A stretch of 64,000 nucleotides of DNA from Acidimicrobiia bacterium (GCA_038209365.1 JBBQXS010000016.1:7870-71869), one strand, 5' to 3'. Counted from the first letter of the stretch, positions 53,980 to 63,678 are shown. Translations and numbers: made by a program. Notes: a model not told the origin generated them from the letters alone.

Positions 53980-55125
53980 CTAGGTCGGCTGCGATCGCAG
54001 CACTCCCATCGCGAAATATTGCGCGCCGCCGCCGTATGCCTGGGCGAGCGCGGTGCGCGCACCGTCGACTTGGTGCTCGCCGGCGAGGCCGCGCACCTGA
54101 AGCGCGGCTTCCGCGAACCGGAGCATGCCTGACGCGCCGATCGGGTTCGACGACAGCACGCCCCCCGACGGGTTGACGGGGAACGATCCGGTGAGCTCGG
54201 TCTCGCCGCTCTCGACCATCTTCCAGCCCTCGCCGGGGCCGGCGATGTCGTGTCCCTCGAGCCACATCGGCTCGTACCAGCTGAACGGCACGTACAGCTC
54301 GGCGACGTCGATCTCCTGGCGCGGCACGCCGATGCCTGCTTGGCGGTAGACGTCATGTGCGCACTCGACGCCTGCCTGCGGGCGCACCGGGTTCCGCCCC
54401 GGGAACATGCCGAGCTCGCTACGCACAGCCGTTGCTTCCACCCACGCCGGCGGCTTCGCAGCGCGGCGGCCGCCTGCTTCGTCGGTGAGGACGACCGCGC
54501 ACGCGCCGTCAGACGACGGGCACGACTCGAGGAATCGCAGCGGGTCCCAGAGCATCGCCGACTCCTTGACCTTCTCGATGCTGATGTCAGCGATCTTCAG
54601 ATGCGCGTACGGGTTCTTCAGCGCGTTCAGCCGGTCCTTCACGGCGACCTGCCAGCCGATGTACTCGGGCGCTCCAGTCTGCTCGATGTACGCGCGGATC
54701 CACGGCGCGAAGGCACCCCCGGCGCCGATACCGCGGGACCGCCCTCCCGCGAGGCCCCACTGGGCGTTGCCCTCGCTCTGCTTCTCCCACGCGACGGCCA
54801 GCACGCGCTCGTGGATGCGTGACTCCACGAGGTGGGCACCGACGATGAACGTCGAGCCACCGACGCTGCCGGCGGTGTGCACGCGGAGCATCGGCTTGCC
54901 GGCGGCGCCGAGCGCGTCCGCGAGGAACAGCTCGGGTTGCACGATCCCCTCGAACGCATCGGGCGCCTTGCCGATGACCAGCGCGTCGATGTCCGCGAAC
55001 GTCATCTCCGCGTCCTCGAGCGCCCGCAATGCGGCTTCCCGCAGCAAGCCGGGGATCGAAACGTCGTCGCGACGCTTCTTGTGGTGCGTCTGACCGATGC
55101 CGACTACCGCACAGCGCTCGGCCAT
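53980..55125 (-). CDS. Thiolase-like protein (SCP-x / Ltp-type, non-acetoacetyl thiolase)
   Basis: 381 aa. MAERCAVVGIGQT, CPSSDGACAVVL (active-site Cys region) and the C-terminal NPSGG/GASG blocks typical of lipid-transfer-protein-type thiolases. Confidence 0.85.
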   Translation of the reverse strand: MAERCAVVGIGQTHHKKRRDDVSIPGLLREAALRALEDAEMTFADIDALVIGKAPDAFEGIVQPELFLADALGAAGKPMLRVHTAGSVGGSTFIVGAHLVESRIHERVLAVAWEKQSEGNAQWGLAGGRSRGIGAGGAFAPWIRAYIEQTGAPEYIGWQVAVKDRLNALKNPYAHLKIADISIEKVKESAMLWDPLRFLESCPSSDGACAVVLTDEAGGRRAAKPPAWVEATAVRSELGMFPGRNPVRPQAGVECAHDVYRQAGIGVPRQEIDVAELYVPFSWYEPMWLEGHDIAGPGEGWKMVESGETELTGSFPVNPSGGVLSSNPIGASGMLRFAEAALQVRGLAGEHQVDGARTALAQAYGGGAQYFAMGVLRSQPT

Positions 55126-55127
55126 GA

Positions 55128-56189
55128 CTACTCCCCCTCCATGACGCAGACGAGGTTGTGCTGCAGCACCTGCCCGCCCGTCGCGTGCGCGAGGCCGCGG
55201 TCGGCGGAACCGGCAATGATCCGCTGCGCGACCTCGACGATGCGGATGAGCCCGGTCGCCATCACAGGGTTCGCGGCGAGCGGGCCACCCGACGGATTCA
55301 CACTGGTGTCCTGCGGGAGCCCCAACGCCTCCCGCAGGATCAGCTCCTGCGGGCTGAACGTCGCGGAGAGCTCGGCGACGTCGAGCGGGCCACCGTCGTA
55401 TCCCGCCTTACGCGCCGCGAGCGTCGTCGACGACGAGGTCGCGAGGTCGCGCATCCCGGGTTGGTGCACCTCGATGCGATGGTCCAGGCCGCGTATCCAC
55501 GCCGGTCGTGCACACAGACTCCGCGCCCGATCTCCGCCCGCGAGCACAACGGCGACCGCGCCGTCAGAGATCGGCGGGAGGTCGTGGCGGCGCAGAGGGG
55601 CGCGCACGTATGGCTCCGCGAGCAGCTCGTCGACCTTCGATGCCCCGCGCACCTGCGCGTTCGGGTTGTCGAGCGCTTGGCCGCGGCTGCGGACGACGAC
55701 TTCGGCGAAGTCGCGTTCGGTTGCCTTGCCGCGATCGAGCAGCACCCGCGCTTGCAGCGCCGCAAGGGAGACCGGGTCCACACCCAGTGGCGCGAGGTAA
55801 TAGGGATCGAGTTGCTGCGCCCATAGCTCGGCGGGCTTCGACGGCGACGACTTTCCGGAGCCGAACACGAGCGCGGTATCAATGTCACCGTGCTGCAACC
55901 GCACCCACGCCTCGTAGAGCGCCCATGCGCCGTCCATCTCGACGTGCGACTCCGAGATCGGCGGCCAGGCGCCGGCGGCCTCGAGGTTCGACACGAACGC
56001 GAACGGTCCCCCGGTGAGGTAATCGCAACTGCCGGCACAGGTGAAGCCGATCTCGCGACGATCTATGCCGGCCTGCTGCAACGCCGCTGCAACGACGGGC
56101 ACCAGCATCTGCACTTCATTGTCGGCCGCGCGCCGAACCGACGGCGTCTGCGCATATCCGACGACAGCGATATCGGTCGTGCCGCTCAT
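55128..56189 (-). CDS. Thiolase-like protein, second subunit (Ltp-type)
   Basis: ATG at 56189 within ORF 55128-56408. IAVVGYAQTP, PISDGAVAVVL and NPSGGPLAANPVMATG. Separated from the downstream thiolase gene by 2 nt. Confidence 0.8.
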   Translation of the reverse strand: MSGTTDIAVVGYAQTPSVRRAADNEVQMLVPVVAAALQQAGIDRREIGFTCAGSCDYLTGGPFAFVSNLEAAGAWPPISESHVEMDGAWALYEAWVRLQHGDIDTALVFGSGKSSPSKPAELWAQQLDPYYLAPLGVDPVSLAALQARVLLDRGKATERDFAEVVVRSRGQALDNPNAQVRGASKVDELLAEPYVRAPLRRHDLPPISDGAVAVVLAGGDRARSLCARPAWIRGLDHRIEVHQPGMRDLATSSSTTLAARKAGYDGGPLDVAELSATFSPQELILREALGLPQDTSVNPSGGPLAANPVMATGLIRIVEVAQRIIAGSADRGLAHATGGQVLQHNLVCVMEGE

Positions 56190-56205
56190 CACAACAACGC
56201 CCTCA

Positions 56206-56718
56206 TCAGAAGATGTGCTCCTCGAACTGTTCTCGCGGCATGTCCGGCTCGCCGCTCGGCTCGAATGCCTCGACCGCCGAGCCGACGCCGCCCCAACCGC
56301 GATTCGACACGCCCTCGGCGCTGCGCTCGTCCTTCGGCTTCCACACCGCGCGCACCCGCAATCCCGAACGAACCTCGTCGTGCGGGATGCCGACGATGTC
56401 CTGGCCACCGAGGTTGCTGTTGGCGCCGTCCAGCAGCACCGACGCGTACACGAACGGCTCCGTCTCCTTCTGGCCGTAGTAGGCGACCGGCGTGATGATC
56501 GTGAAGCCGGTCACGGTCCCGGTGTCGGCCACCGTGACCTCGTCGTCGTCGTCGGTCGCGACCACGCACAACGGGCAGTAGCCCTTGCCGGGCACGTACA
56601 CCCGTCCACACTCGGGACACTTGTGGCCGAGGATTCGGCCGTCGATCAACGCATCGACGTACCGCTCGAGAATCGGCGTGAGCTCCTCTTCATAGGTCAG
56701 CGAGACGAGGTGTTCCAT
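56206..56718 (-). CDS. DUF35 Zn-ribbon + OB-fold protein (thiolase-associated)
   Basis: ATG at 56718. The rubredoxin-like GHKCPECGRVYVPGKGYCPLC is followed by an OB-fold segment (TGTVTGFTII...YASVLLDG). Confidence 0.75.
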   Translation of the reverse strand: MEHLVSLTYEEELTPILERYVDALIDGRILGHKCPECGRVYVPGKGYCPLCVVATDDDDEVTVADTGTVTGFTIITPVAYYGQKETEPFVYASVLLDGANSNLGGQDIVGIPHDEVRSGLRVRAVWKPKDERSAEGVSNRGWGGVGSAVEAFEPSGEPDMPREQFEEHIF

Positions 56719-56750
56719 GACCAGCGTCTCCTTCGGGGTATCACTCCCGG

Positions 56751-57182
56751 TCACGGTGCAGGCTCCCAGGCTTCGAGGTCGTCGATCCGGTTCCGCGGAT
56801 CGGCCCGCCAGCGTGGCGTGACGCGCATGCCCGTGGTCATCTCGGCGGCACTGCCCGCGTCGACGGCGTGCACCATCGCCGTGTCCGCACCATCGGGCCG
56901 GATCAGCGCGAACGCGAACGGGCGCGACAGCGGGTGCTTCGACGTGGGCTCGCCGACCCACGTCCACGACTCGACGGTCCCGACCGGGCCGACCTCGACC
57001 AATTCGCCGAGTGTCTCGCCGGTAAGCGGGTCGTACTCCAACGGCGGCACGAGCACCTTGCCGTCGCTCGTGCGGGAACCGACGATTCGGTGCTCGCGCA
57101 GACCCGCGAAGAACGCACCGACGACGGGTCCGACGGTGCGGGAGTACGGAAACTCGAGCGTGCTCTTTGTGATCCGGGTCAT
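56751..57182 (-). CDS. DUF35 OB-fold protein lacking the Cys4 zinc ribbon
   Basis: 143 aa. FFAGLREHRIVGSRTSDGKVLVPPLEYDPLTGE takes the place of the zinc ribbon (no Cys pairs), followed by the OB-fold GTVESWTWV...FALIRPDGAD. Confidence 0.7.
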   Translation of the reverse strand: MTRITKSTLEFPYSRTVGPVVGAFFAGLREHRIVGSRTSDGKVLVPPLEYDPLTGETLGELVEVGPVGTVESWTWVGEPTSKHPLSRPFAFALIRPDGADTAMVHAVDAGSAAEMTTGMRVTPRWRADPRNRIDDLEAWEPAP

Positions 57183-57198
57183 GCGGCCGAAAACCTAA

Positions 57199-58656
57199 TC
57201 ACCCACCGGCGAGGAGCGCACGCTTGTCGACCTTGCCGACCGAGGTGAGTGGCAGCGCATCGATGATCTCGAGGCGATCGGGCGCCTTGTAGTCGGCCAG
57301 CGCGGCGCGGCAATGCGCACGCAGGTCGTGCAGGTGGGGCGTCGCGCCGGCCACGGGAACGACGAACGCGAGGCCGATCTCGCCGAGGACGGGATCGGGG
57401 ATGCCGACGACCGCCACCTGTCCAACGGCCGCGTGCTCGGACAGCACGCGCTCGATCTCGGCGGGATAGACGTTGTAACCGCCGCGGATGTACATGTCGC
57501 TCTTGCGACCGACGAGTGTCAGATACCCGCGCTCGTCGAGAAAGCCGGCGTCGCCCGTCGAGAGCCAGCCCCGGGCGTCGAGCACCTCCGCAGTGCGCTG
57601 CGGATCTCGCCAGTACTCCCGCATCACCGCGCCCGACCGGCAGCGCACGCGTCCGACCTCGCCCGTCGCACACGCCCGTCCTTCGTCGTCGACCACTTCG
57701 AGCTCTACGTTCGCACGCGCCCGGCCAACCGTGCGCGCGATCATCTCGGGCGAATCGCCGGGCACAGTGCCAGTCGTGATCGCGGCTTCGGTGCTCGTGT
57801 AGCCGATGACGACGAGGCAGCCGAGCCGGCGTTCCATCTCCCTCACGAGGTCCGGCGGCACCGTCGCTGCGCCCGTGCCGGCGATCCGCAGCGACGACAG
57901 ATCGGCCGTTTCGAATGCTGGGTGGTCGAGCACCAGCCGCCACTGCGTGGGCACTCCTTGGCCGACCGTCACCCGCTCGCTCTCCATCAGGTGCAACGTC
58001 TCACCCGCGTTCCATGGCGTCGAGGTGATCACCGTCGTGATCACCTTCTCGATCTCCTCCCACGGACGCGACATGAACGCGACGTGCGCGAACGGCAGTG
58101 GCGACAACCGCCGGTCGAATCGCTCGCCGAGTGCGCCGGCGCCGACGGCAACGGCCGCGAGGCTGTCGTGATCGAAGACTGCACCCTTCGGCATGCCCGT
58201 CGTGCCGCTGGTCCAGACGATCGCGACCGCGTCGTCGCTTCGCACGCGTGGCATCTTGACCGGAGGATCGAGCGCGTACGCCTCGCGCACCGCGTCGAGG
58301 TCCTCGTCACGGACGATGACACGCGGTGATGCCCGCTCGAGGATGCTTGCGACCTCGGCGGGCCCGAGCCGGATGTTGATACCGGTGGTGATCGCCCGGA
58401 CCCGCATCGCCGCCTGGTAGCAGACGGCGTAGTCGATCGACGACGGCAACATCAGCGCGATCACGTCACCCGCGCCGACACCCGCATCGACCCAGTGTGC
58501 TGCGAGTCCGTCGGCGGCCCGGTCCCAGGCGCCGAATGTGACCCGCCGTCCCGCCTCCACGAACGCGTCGCGGTCGCCGTCGACGTCGGCGACGGCGCGC
58601 AGCAGGTCAACCGTCGTGCGGGCGCGACTCACGGCTCTCCCGTTTGCGGTACGCAC
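57199..58656 (-). CDS. AMP-dependent acyl-CoA synthetase/ligase (FadD-like)
   Basis: 485 aa. WTSGTTGMPKG, GYTSTEA, TGDAGFLDERGYLTLVGRKSD and PLTSVGKVDKRAL. The GTG at 58632 is an alternative start. Confidence 0.85.
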   Translation of the reverse strand: MRTANGRAVSRARTTVDLLRAVADVDGDRDAFVEAGRRVTFGAWDRAADGLAAHWVDAGVGAGDVIALMLPSSIDYAVCYQAAMRVRAITTGINIRLGPAEVASILERASPRVIVRDEDLDAVREAYALDPPVKMPRVRSDDAVAIVWTSGTTGMPKGAVFDHDSLAAVAVGAGALGERFDRRLSPLPFAHVAFMSRPWEEIEKVITTVITSTPWNAGETLHLMESERVTVGQGVPTQWRLVLDHPAFETADLSSLRIAGTGAATVPPDLVREMERRLGCLVVIGYTSTEAAITTGTVPGDSPEMIARTVGRARANVELEVVDDEGRACATGEVGRVRCRSGAVMREYWRDPQRTAEVLDARGWLSTGDAGFLDERGYLTLVGRKSDMYIRGGYNVYPAEIERVLSEHAAVGQVAVVGIPDPVLGEIGLAFVVPVAGATPHLHDLRAHCRAALADYKAPDRLEIIDALPLTSVGKVDKRALLAGG

Positions 58657-58660
58657 GTCG

Positions 58661-58678
58661 TCGTCGTGCGCACGACGA
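58661..58678. promoter_or_regulatory. Perfect 18-bp palindrome in the fadD-like / FKBP divergent promoter region
   Basis: tcgtcgtgc|gcacgacga has no spacer. It lies 5 nt upstream of the GTG at 58656 and 34 nt upstream of the FKBP ATG. Confidence 0.35.
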
Positions 58679-58711
58679 GTCGATGCCCGACATGGGCGAT
58701 AGCGTGACCGG

Positions 58712-59338
58712 GTGCCTCCGTCGAAGCAAGCACGGTCTCGTCAGGCGCGCCAGAAGGAACGTCTCGCGGCCGCCGCCGCGCGCCGTCATCGAGTGCAGCG
58801 TCGCCGTCGCCAGGCTGGTGCAGGTGTCGCGGCGTTCATGATCATCGTCTTGCTGTTGCTCGTGTTCGCGTTCGCCGCAACCGGCGGGAATGGCGGCAAG
58901 ACAACGTCGACGACGGCGGTTCCCGAGGTCGTTTCGGCAAAGGGCAAGCCTTGCGTCGCCCTCGCCGATCCGTTGCCGAAGGGCGCGCCCGCTGTCCCCG
59001 TGCAGATCGGTCCACCCCCGACGAAGCTCGTGAAGAAGGACCTCAAGGTCGGCACCGGGCCGGTCCTACCGGCGGGAGCGAAAGTCGCGGTCAACTACAT
59101 CGGCGTTGCCTGCTCGACCGGCAAGATCTTCGGCGCGTCGTACGGCCAGAAGGCGATCGACGCAGACCTGAACGGCGGAGTCATCCCCGGATGGGCCAAG
59201 GGCCTTCCGGGGATGAAGGTCGGCGGTCGCCGCTTGCTCGGCATTCCCTCCGCAGAGGCATACGGGCCCGACGGGCAAGGGTCGATCCAACCCGACGAGG
59301 CGCTCTGGTTCGTGGTCGACGCGGTTTCGTTGAAGTGA
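58712..59338 (+). CDS. Membrane-anchored FKBP-type peptidyl-prolyl cis-trans isomerase
   Basis: 208 aa. A basic N-terminus and TM helix (AAFMIIVLLLLVFAFAA) precede the FKBP core VAVNYIGV...GKIFGASY...VIPGWAKGLPGMKVGGRRLLGIPS..AYG. Confidence 0.8.
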   Translation: MPPSKQARSRQARQKERLAAAAARRHRVQRRRRQAGAGVAAFMIIVLLLLVFAFAATGGNGGKTTSTTAVPEVVSAKGKPCVALADPLPKGAPAVPVQIGPPPTKLVKKDLKVGTGPVLPAGAKVAVNYIGVACSTGKIFGASYGQKAIDADLNGGVIPGWAKGLPGMKVGGRRLLGIPSAEAYGPDGQGSIQPDEALWFVVDAVSLK

Positions 59339-59355
59339 GCCCGCCGGCCCGAGCG

Positions 59356-59781
59356 TCAGAACGTGAGGTCGCGTCCGACAGCTGCCCACACCGTCTTGCC
59401 GTGCTCACACGGTTCCGTGCCCCACCTCGAAGCGAGCGCGTTGACGAGATTCAATCCGTACCCGCCATCGACATGTGCCGGTGCGCGCGCGAACGCGTCG
59501 CCATCACCGGCGTCCGTCACTTCCACGAACGTCTCGTCCACGTCCATCTCGACGGTGAGCCGGTACGGCGATGTCGCATGCATCAGCGCGTTTGTTGCCA
59601 ACTCGCTCAACAAGAGGCCGACGACGCGAACGTGGTCACGCGTGCGTCCGTGCTCCTCCAGCGCGGCAATCGCCCCCGCGCGCAAGCGGCCGAGGTCAGC
59701 TGGGTGCGCGAACGCCGAGTCATACACCGCGGGTAGATGGCGTCCGTCATGTAGCCTCGTCGAGGCCTCGACATGGGGCAC
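59356..59781 (-). CDS. RsbW/SpoIIAB-like anti-sigma regulatory Ser kinase (HATPase_c_2)
   Basis: 141 aa. LLLSELATNALMHA (N-box), VTDAGDG (G1-like) and GYGLNLVNALASRWG (G2-like). Confidence 0.65.
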   Translation of the reverse strand: MPHVEASTRLHDGRHLPAVYDSAFAHPADLGRLRAGAIAALEEHGRTRDHVRVVGLLLSELATNALMHATSPYRLTVEMDVDETFVEVTDAGDGDAFARAPAHVDGGYGLNLVNALASRWGTEPCEHGKTVWAAVGRDLTF

Positions 59782-59886
59782 GTACCCCGCGATACCCGCG
59801 TTGTCGCGACGGTAAGCGCCAGCATCCGGGGGGGCGCGATTCCCTCGGACCTCCTGCCCGGCACCTGTTCAGGACGCCGAGCACCG

Positions 59887-60114
59887 TCATTCATGCAGAT
59901 CGCAGCGGTGCAGCTCGTGCCGGCCGACTCGGAGCACGTAGACGTTCGGCTTGCCCGAACCGGCCTCAATCGCCGCGCGCGGCTCGGCCGCCCGCTCGAT
60001 CTCGATTGTGTGCCCGCAATGAGGGCAAACAACATCCCGCATTTCGTCCAAACCCTCCGCCGAGGCTGCAGCGCCAACCACGCCGACGGTAGATCGGCCC
60101 GGACTGGCCGTCAA
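59887..60114 (-). CDS. Hypothetical small protein with CPHCGH...HRC motif
   Basis: 75-aa ORF beginning 3 nt after the stop of the upstream small ORF. May be a zinc-ribbon-like protein. The internal ATG (MRDVVCPHCGH) is an alternative start. Confidence 0.3.
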   Translation of the reverse strand: MTASPGRSTVGVVGAAASAEGLDEMRDVVCPHCGHTIEIERAAEPRAAIEAGSGKPNVYVLRVGRHELHRCDLHE

Positions 60115-60117
60115 TCA

Positions 60118-60354
60118 TCAGCTCACGGGCCGGGCGGGCAGGATCGCTTCGATGCGCAACACGTCGTCGGTGCTGGTGCCGTAGAAATGCGCGAGCTGAT
60201 CGGAGAGGCTTCGGATCGTACGCAGCAGCGTCGTCATGAGCGCGAGCGCGTCGCCGTCGAACGCCTCGTATGCGAGGCGACGAATGTACTGGTCATCGAT
60301 CGGTTCGTCATCGACGGCATGGAACAACTCCATGAGCCGATCGGTGTGGACCAT
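60118..60354 (-). CDS. Hypothetical acidic helical small protein (78 aa)
   Basis: ATG at 60354 is preceded by AAGGAG 7 nt upstream. MVHTDRLMELFHAVDDEPIDDQYIRRLAYEAF... No family recognised. Confidence 0.4.
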   Translation of the reverse strand: MVHTDRLMELFHAVDDEPIDDQYIRRLAYEAFDGDALALMTTLLRTIRSLSDQLAHFYGTSTDDVLRIEAILPARPVS

Positions 60355-60559
60355 CCTGTCACTCCTTCTGGTTGTGGTGGACGAGCGGACGATGGTATAG
60401 CGCGCACCCGGTGAGTTCGTCGCCCCCGAAGACCCCGGGGGTCCAACAATCCACATCGTGTCTCGTGTGTGAGTGACACTCGGCGCGCATTCGTGCACGA
60501 AGCGGTGTTGGACTGTGTCGCAGGAGGCCAGCCGGTGTCGTCAACGGCTTGGTCATTCT

Positions 60560-61681
60560 CTAGACGTACGCGCGGCGAAGGCGCGGGCCGATGGAGCAGA
60601 CAATTTCGTCGGCAATCGTGCCGAGGCGGTTCGCCCATTCGATGGCACTGATCTCCTGGTCGCACTGTTTGCCGAGGAGCACCGCTTCGTCGCCGGCACG
60701 GACGTCGATCTCTCCCGCGTCGACAAAGAGGCGGTCCATCATGATGTTTCCGGCGATCGCGCAGCGTTGCCCGTGAAGGAGAACCTGACCGCTCGTGGCG
60801 AGGGCCCGGGGCACGCCGGACGCGTATCCGATCGGAAGGGTGGCTATGTGTGCCGCGCGCGCGAGCTCGTAGTGCAGCCCGTACGAGATGCGTGTCCCGG
60901 CCGGGAAGCGTTGCACGCGCGTGACGCGGGCCTTCACAGCGAGGGCAGGACGCAACGCCGTTGCGCCGGTGAGCGCGCCGGCCGGTTCGATGCCGTAGAT
61001 GCCACTCCCGCAGCGAATCATGTCGAGATGTGTGTGAGGCATTGTCAGCGATGCCACCGTGTTCGCGACGTGCACGACACCCACCGTCACGCCGTTCGCA
61101 CGGATCTTTTCGAGGAGTTGTATGAACTGATCGAGCTGGTGCTGCGTGACGGGATGTGCCAACTGGTCGGCGACGGCAAAGTGCGTGCAGATGCCTTGGA
61201 GTGAGAGTTCGGGTTGCTCGGAAATCTCGGTGCTGAGAGCAACGGCACCGTCGACGGGACAGCCGACGCCGTGCAGCCCGGTGTCGACACCGAGATGCAC
61301 GGGCAGCTGCCGCAGCCCGGGCGACGGGCCGACCAGACAGGCGAGGGCGCGCACGCCGGCCGGCGTAGAGAGCACGGGGGTCAGCTCGAACTCGACGATT
61401 TCGCAGAGGTCGTCGCGATGCGGTTCCGACAGCACGAGGATCTGCGTGTCGATTCCCGCGCCTCGCAGGTCGAGGGCTTCGTCGACGGTTTCGACCGCCA
61501 GTGTCGACGCACCACCTCCGAGGGCTGCTTCGGCAACCGGCACTGCGCCGTGGCCGTAGGCGTCCGCTTTGACAACCGCGCAGAGTTTCGCGGGCGACGC
61601 GAGCGCGGCGAGCGTCCGCACGTTGTGGCGAATGGCACCGAGATCGATTTCGGCCCATCGCCGCGTGGAAGCAGGGATCAT
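60560..61681 (-). CDS. alr: Alanine racemase
   Basis: ATG at 61681 within ORF 60560-61744. AVVKADAYGHGAV (PLP lysine motif), the YG..W..L block and the C-terminal GTIADEIVCSIGPRLRRAY. Confidence 0.85.
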   Translation of the reverse strand: MIPASTRRWAEIDLGAIRHNVRTLAALASPAKLCAVVKADAYGHGAVPVAEAALGGGASTLAVETVDEALDLRGAGIDTQILVLSEPHRDDLCEIVEFELTPVLSTPAGVRALACLVGPSPGLRQLPVHLGVDTGLHGVGCPVDGAVALSTEISEQPELSLQGICTHFAVADQLAHPVTQHQLDQFIQLLEKIRANGVTVGVVHVANTVASLTMPHTHLDMIRCGSGIYGIEPAGALTGATALRPALAVKARVTRVQRFPAGTRISYGLHYELARAAHIATLPIGYASGVPRALATSGQVLLHGQRCAIAGNIMMDRLFVDAGEIDVRAGDEAVLLGKQCDQEISAIEWANRLGTIADEIVCSIGPRLRRAYV

Positions 61682-61724
61682 TCGAAACCGCGCGTTGCGA
61701 GGTGAATCGCGAAGGCGCTCACCG

Positions 61725-63551
61725 TCACACGACGGGCCCGGCACGATCGAGCAGCGTGAGGGCGGTACCGACGGCCCCCACCATTTCCCGGATCTCGCCG
61801 AATCTCGTCAGTGGCCTGGAGCTTCGGGCGTACCGCCGCAGCTTCTTCATGTCGCACACCGCGCCCATGTCGGTCCGCTTCGAGGCTTCCCTGAACAATT
61901 GGTCGATCGCTTTGCCTTCGATCTCGAAGAACCGCCAGCCCGGATTTCCCTGATGAAGCACGCGGCCGGTCGGCTTGACAGCAGTCGCAAAGGGGCTCTG
62001 CGGCAGCTCGAACGATGAGCCGGCCGCCAGCTCCGGCGCCCAGACGTCGTTCAGGAACGGAACGAGCACGAGCTCGGGGGCCGCCCTGCACATCACTTCG
62101 AAATGGAACCGCTCACTGCGGCGCGCAGCCGCGGACAACTCCAAGTTCTTCGCCGCTGCGCCGCGCGAGACGAGGGGGTTGATGTTGACGCGCTGCGGCG
62201 CACATTGAAGAAGCGGACCGCTCCAGTGCGCGAGCGCCGTGTCGACATGGAACTTCTCGTGCACGACGTCGAGACGCATCTCCCGCGCGGTCTCGTGCAC
62301 CCAGCTCTCGAGCCATTGCGCCTGGTACGCAGCCTCCGCCGGCCGAATGATGCCGAGCCGGTCCATCTCGAGGTGACCCGTCGCGAACCGGGATGCGAGC
62401 TCATCGACGCTCGGCACCTCCTTCTCGCGGTAGCGCCCGTCGCTGCCACGCCGGAAGAACTCCCCGCCAAAGCCCTTGATGTTCACGAACGGCGGGAACG
62501 TCGGGTTCTGGAGCGCAGCCCACGGAGGAACCATGGCCTCGTATCGAGTGACGTTGCATCGAAGGCGCTGCCACACCTTCGCGACGTCTACGTCGGGTTG
62601 CGTCGTCTTCTTTCGGGCCGCGACAGCAGGCGCGGGCGGAGTGTTCATCCCCGCTCCGTGCGTGCGGTGCGTATAGCCCGCTGCCTCGGCGACCGCGCGT
62701 GCAACCTGAGCCTCCGGACTGTCGGACACGCCATTGGTGTACACGTCGACGCAATCCCGGAGACCGGCAGCCTTCACGATGGCGAGGCACAGCCGTGAGT
62801 CCTTGCCGCCGGTCAAGGACAGGCGTAACGGCGCGTCGACCGCCTCGAGCGCGCGCACGTTTCCCACGAGCTCGGCGGTGACGTCGTCCCATTCTGTCGA
62901 CGTGAGGTTGTCTCGTCCGGCATCGTCCGACGTGGACGGCCAGATCCATGACGAGTTGCGGTGGAGCTCGAGTGCACCGGTGCCCCATGCGGCGCGCGCT
63001 TCTGTGCCCGACGGGAGGTGGCGCACATTGCGCAAGGGAAGTCCATCGCCGGCGAGGTTCGCGCGCGCGATGACCCACGCGAGCGCACGCGGATCCCATT
63101 CTCTTGATCCGATCAGATCGGAGATCGTCAGGGACCGGTTGGAGAGCACTGCGAAATCTGCACGCGAGTGCCAGTAGAGCGGGTACATGCCGGAGAAGTC
63201 GCCGAATGCGTGCAACCCGATGCCCGGCGCAACACCCACGAAGTTGTACGCACCCTCCAAGGAATCAGAGACTTCGGTGGAACCACCGTCGCGATACTTC
63301 TTCAGAAGGTTCGCAGCGAGTCTGGACTGATCGCCGTCGGCGGCGAGCGCCGGCCCGTTGACCACGACGAAAGCCTCGTCGTCACTGGCGAAGCGGCACG
63401 CGCACGTCGGATCCGGTTCCTCGATCGCAGCGAATGCCCAGGTATGTCCAGCACCAATCCGCTCGATGCGCGGGCCGTCGACGATCCGACTCTTTTCGAG
63501 TGCGTCGAGCAGTTGGGGCGCGAGACGGTCAACCTCCGCACGCTTCCCCAC
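61725..63551 (-). CDS. Asparagine synthase B-like PP-loop ATP pyrophosphatase lacking the N-terminal catalytic Cys
   Basis: 608 aa with a GTG start. The N-terminal domain carries GAYNFVGV...GDFSGMYPLYWH...FAVLSNRSL, paralleling the AsnB GATase-fold blocks, but the protein begins MGKRAEV with no Cys2. The PP-loop reads LSLTGGKDSRL. Confidence 0.65.
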   Translation of the reverse strand: MGKRAEVDRLAPQLLDALEKSRIVDGPRIERIGAGHTWAFAAIEEPDPTCACRFASDDEAFVVVNGPALAADGDQSRLAANLLKKYRDGGSTEVSDSLEGAYNFVGVAPGIGLHAFGDFSGMYPLYWHSRADFAVLSNRSLTISDLIGSREWDPRALAWVIARANLAGDGLPLRNVRHLPSGTEARAAWGTGALELHRNSSWIWPSTSDDAGRDNLTSTEWDDVTAELVGNVRALEAVDAPLRLSLTGGKDSRLCLAIVKAAGLRDCVDVYTNGVSDSPEAQVARAVAEAAGYTHRTHGAGMNTPPAPAVAARKKTTQPDVDVAKVWQRLRCNVTRYEAMVPPWAALQNPTFPPFVNIKGFGGEFFRRGSDGRYREKEVPSVDELASRFATGHLEMDRLGIIRPAEAAYQAQWLESWVHETAREMRLDVVHEKFHVDTALAHWSGPLLQCAPQRVNINPLVSRGAAAKNLELSAAARRSERFHFEVMCRAAPELVLVPFLNDVWAPELAAGSSFELPQSPFATAVKPTGRVLHQGNPGWRFFEIEGKAIDQLFREASKRTDMGAVCDMKKLRRYARSSRPLTRFGEIREMVGAVGTALTLLDRAGPVV

Positions 63552-63678
63552 GACAGCGACAAAGAAGATCAGAACTCAATCGATTCCGCAGACGATTCTT
63601 CGAAGATAAGACCATCGGGCGGAGACGCGGTCAAGGCCTTCCGTTTCGCCGCGGTCGCGATTTCCAGTTTTCGGTGGA

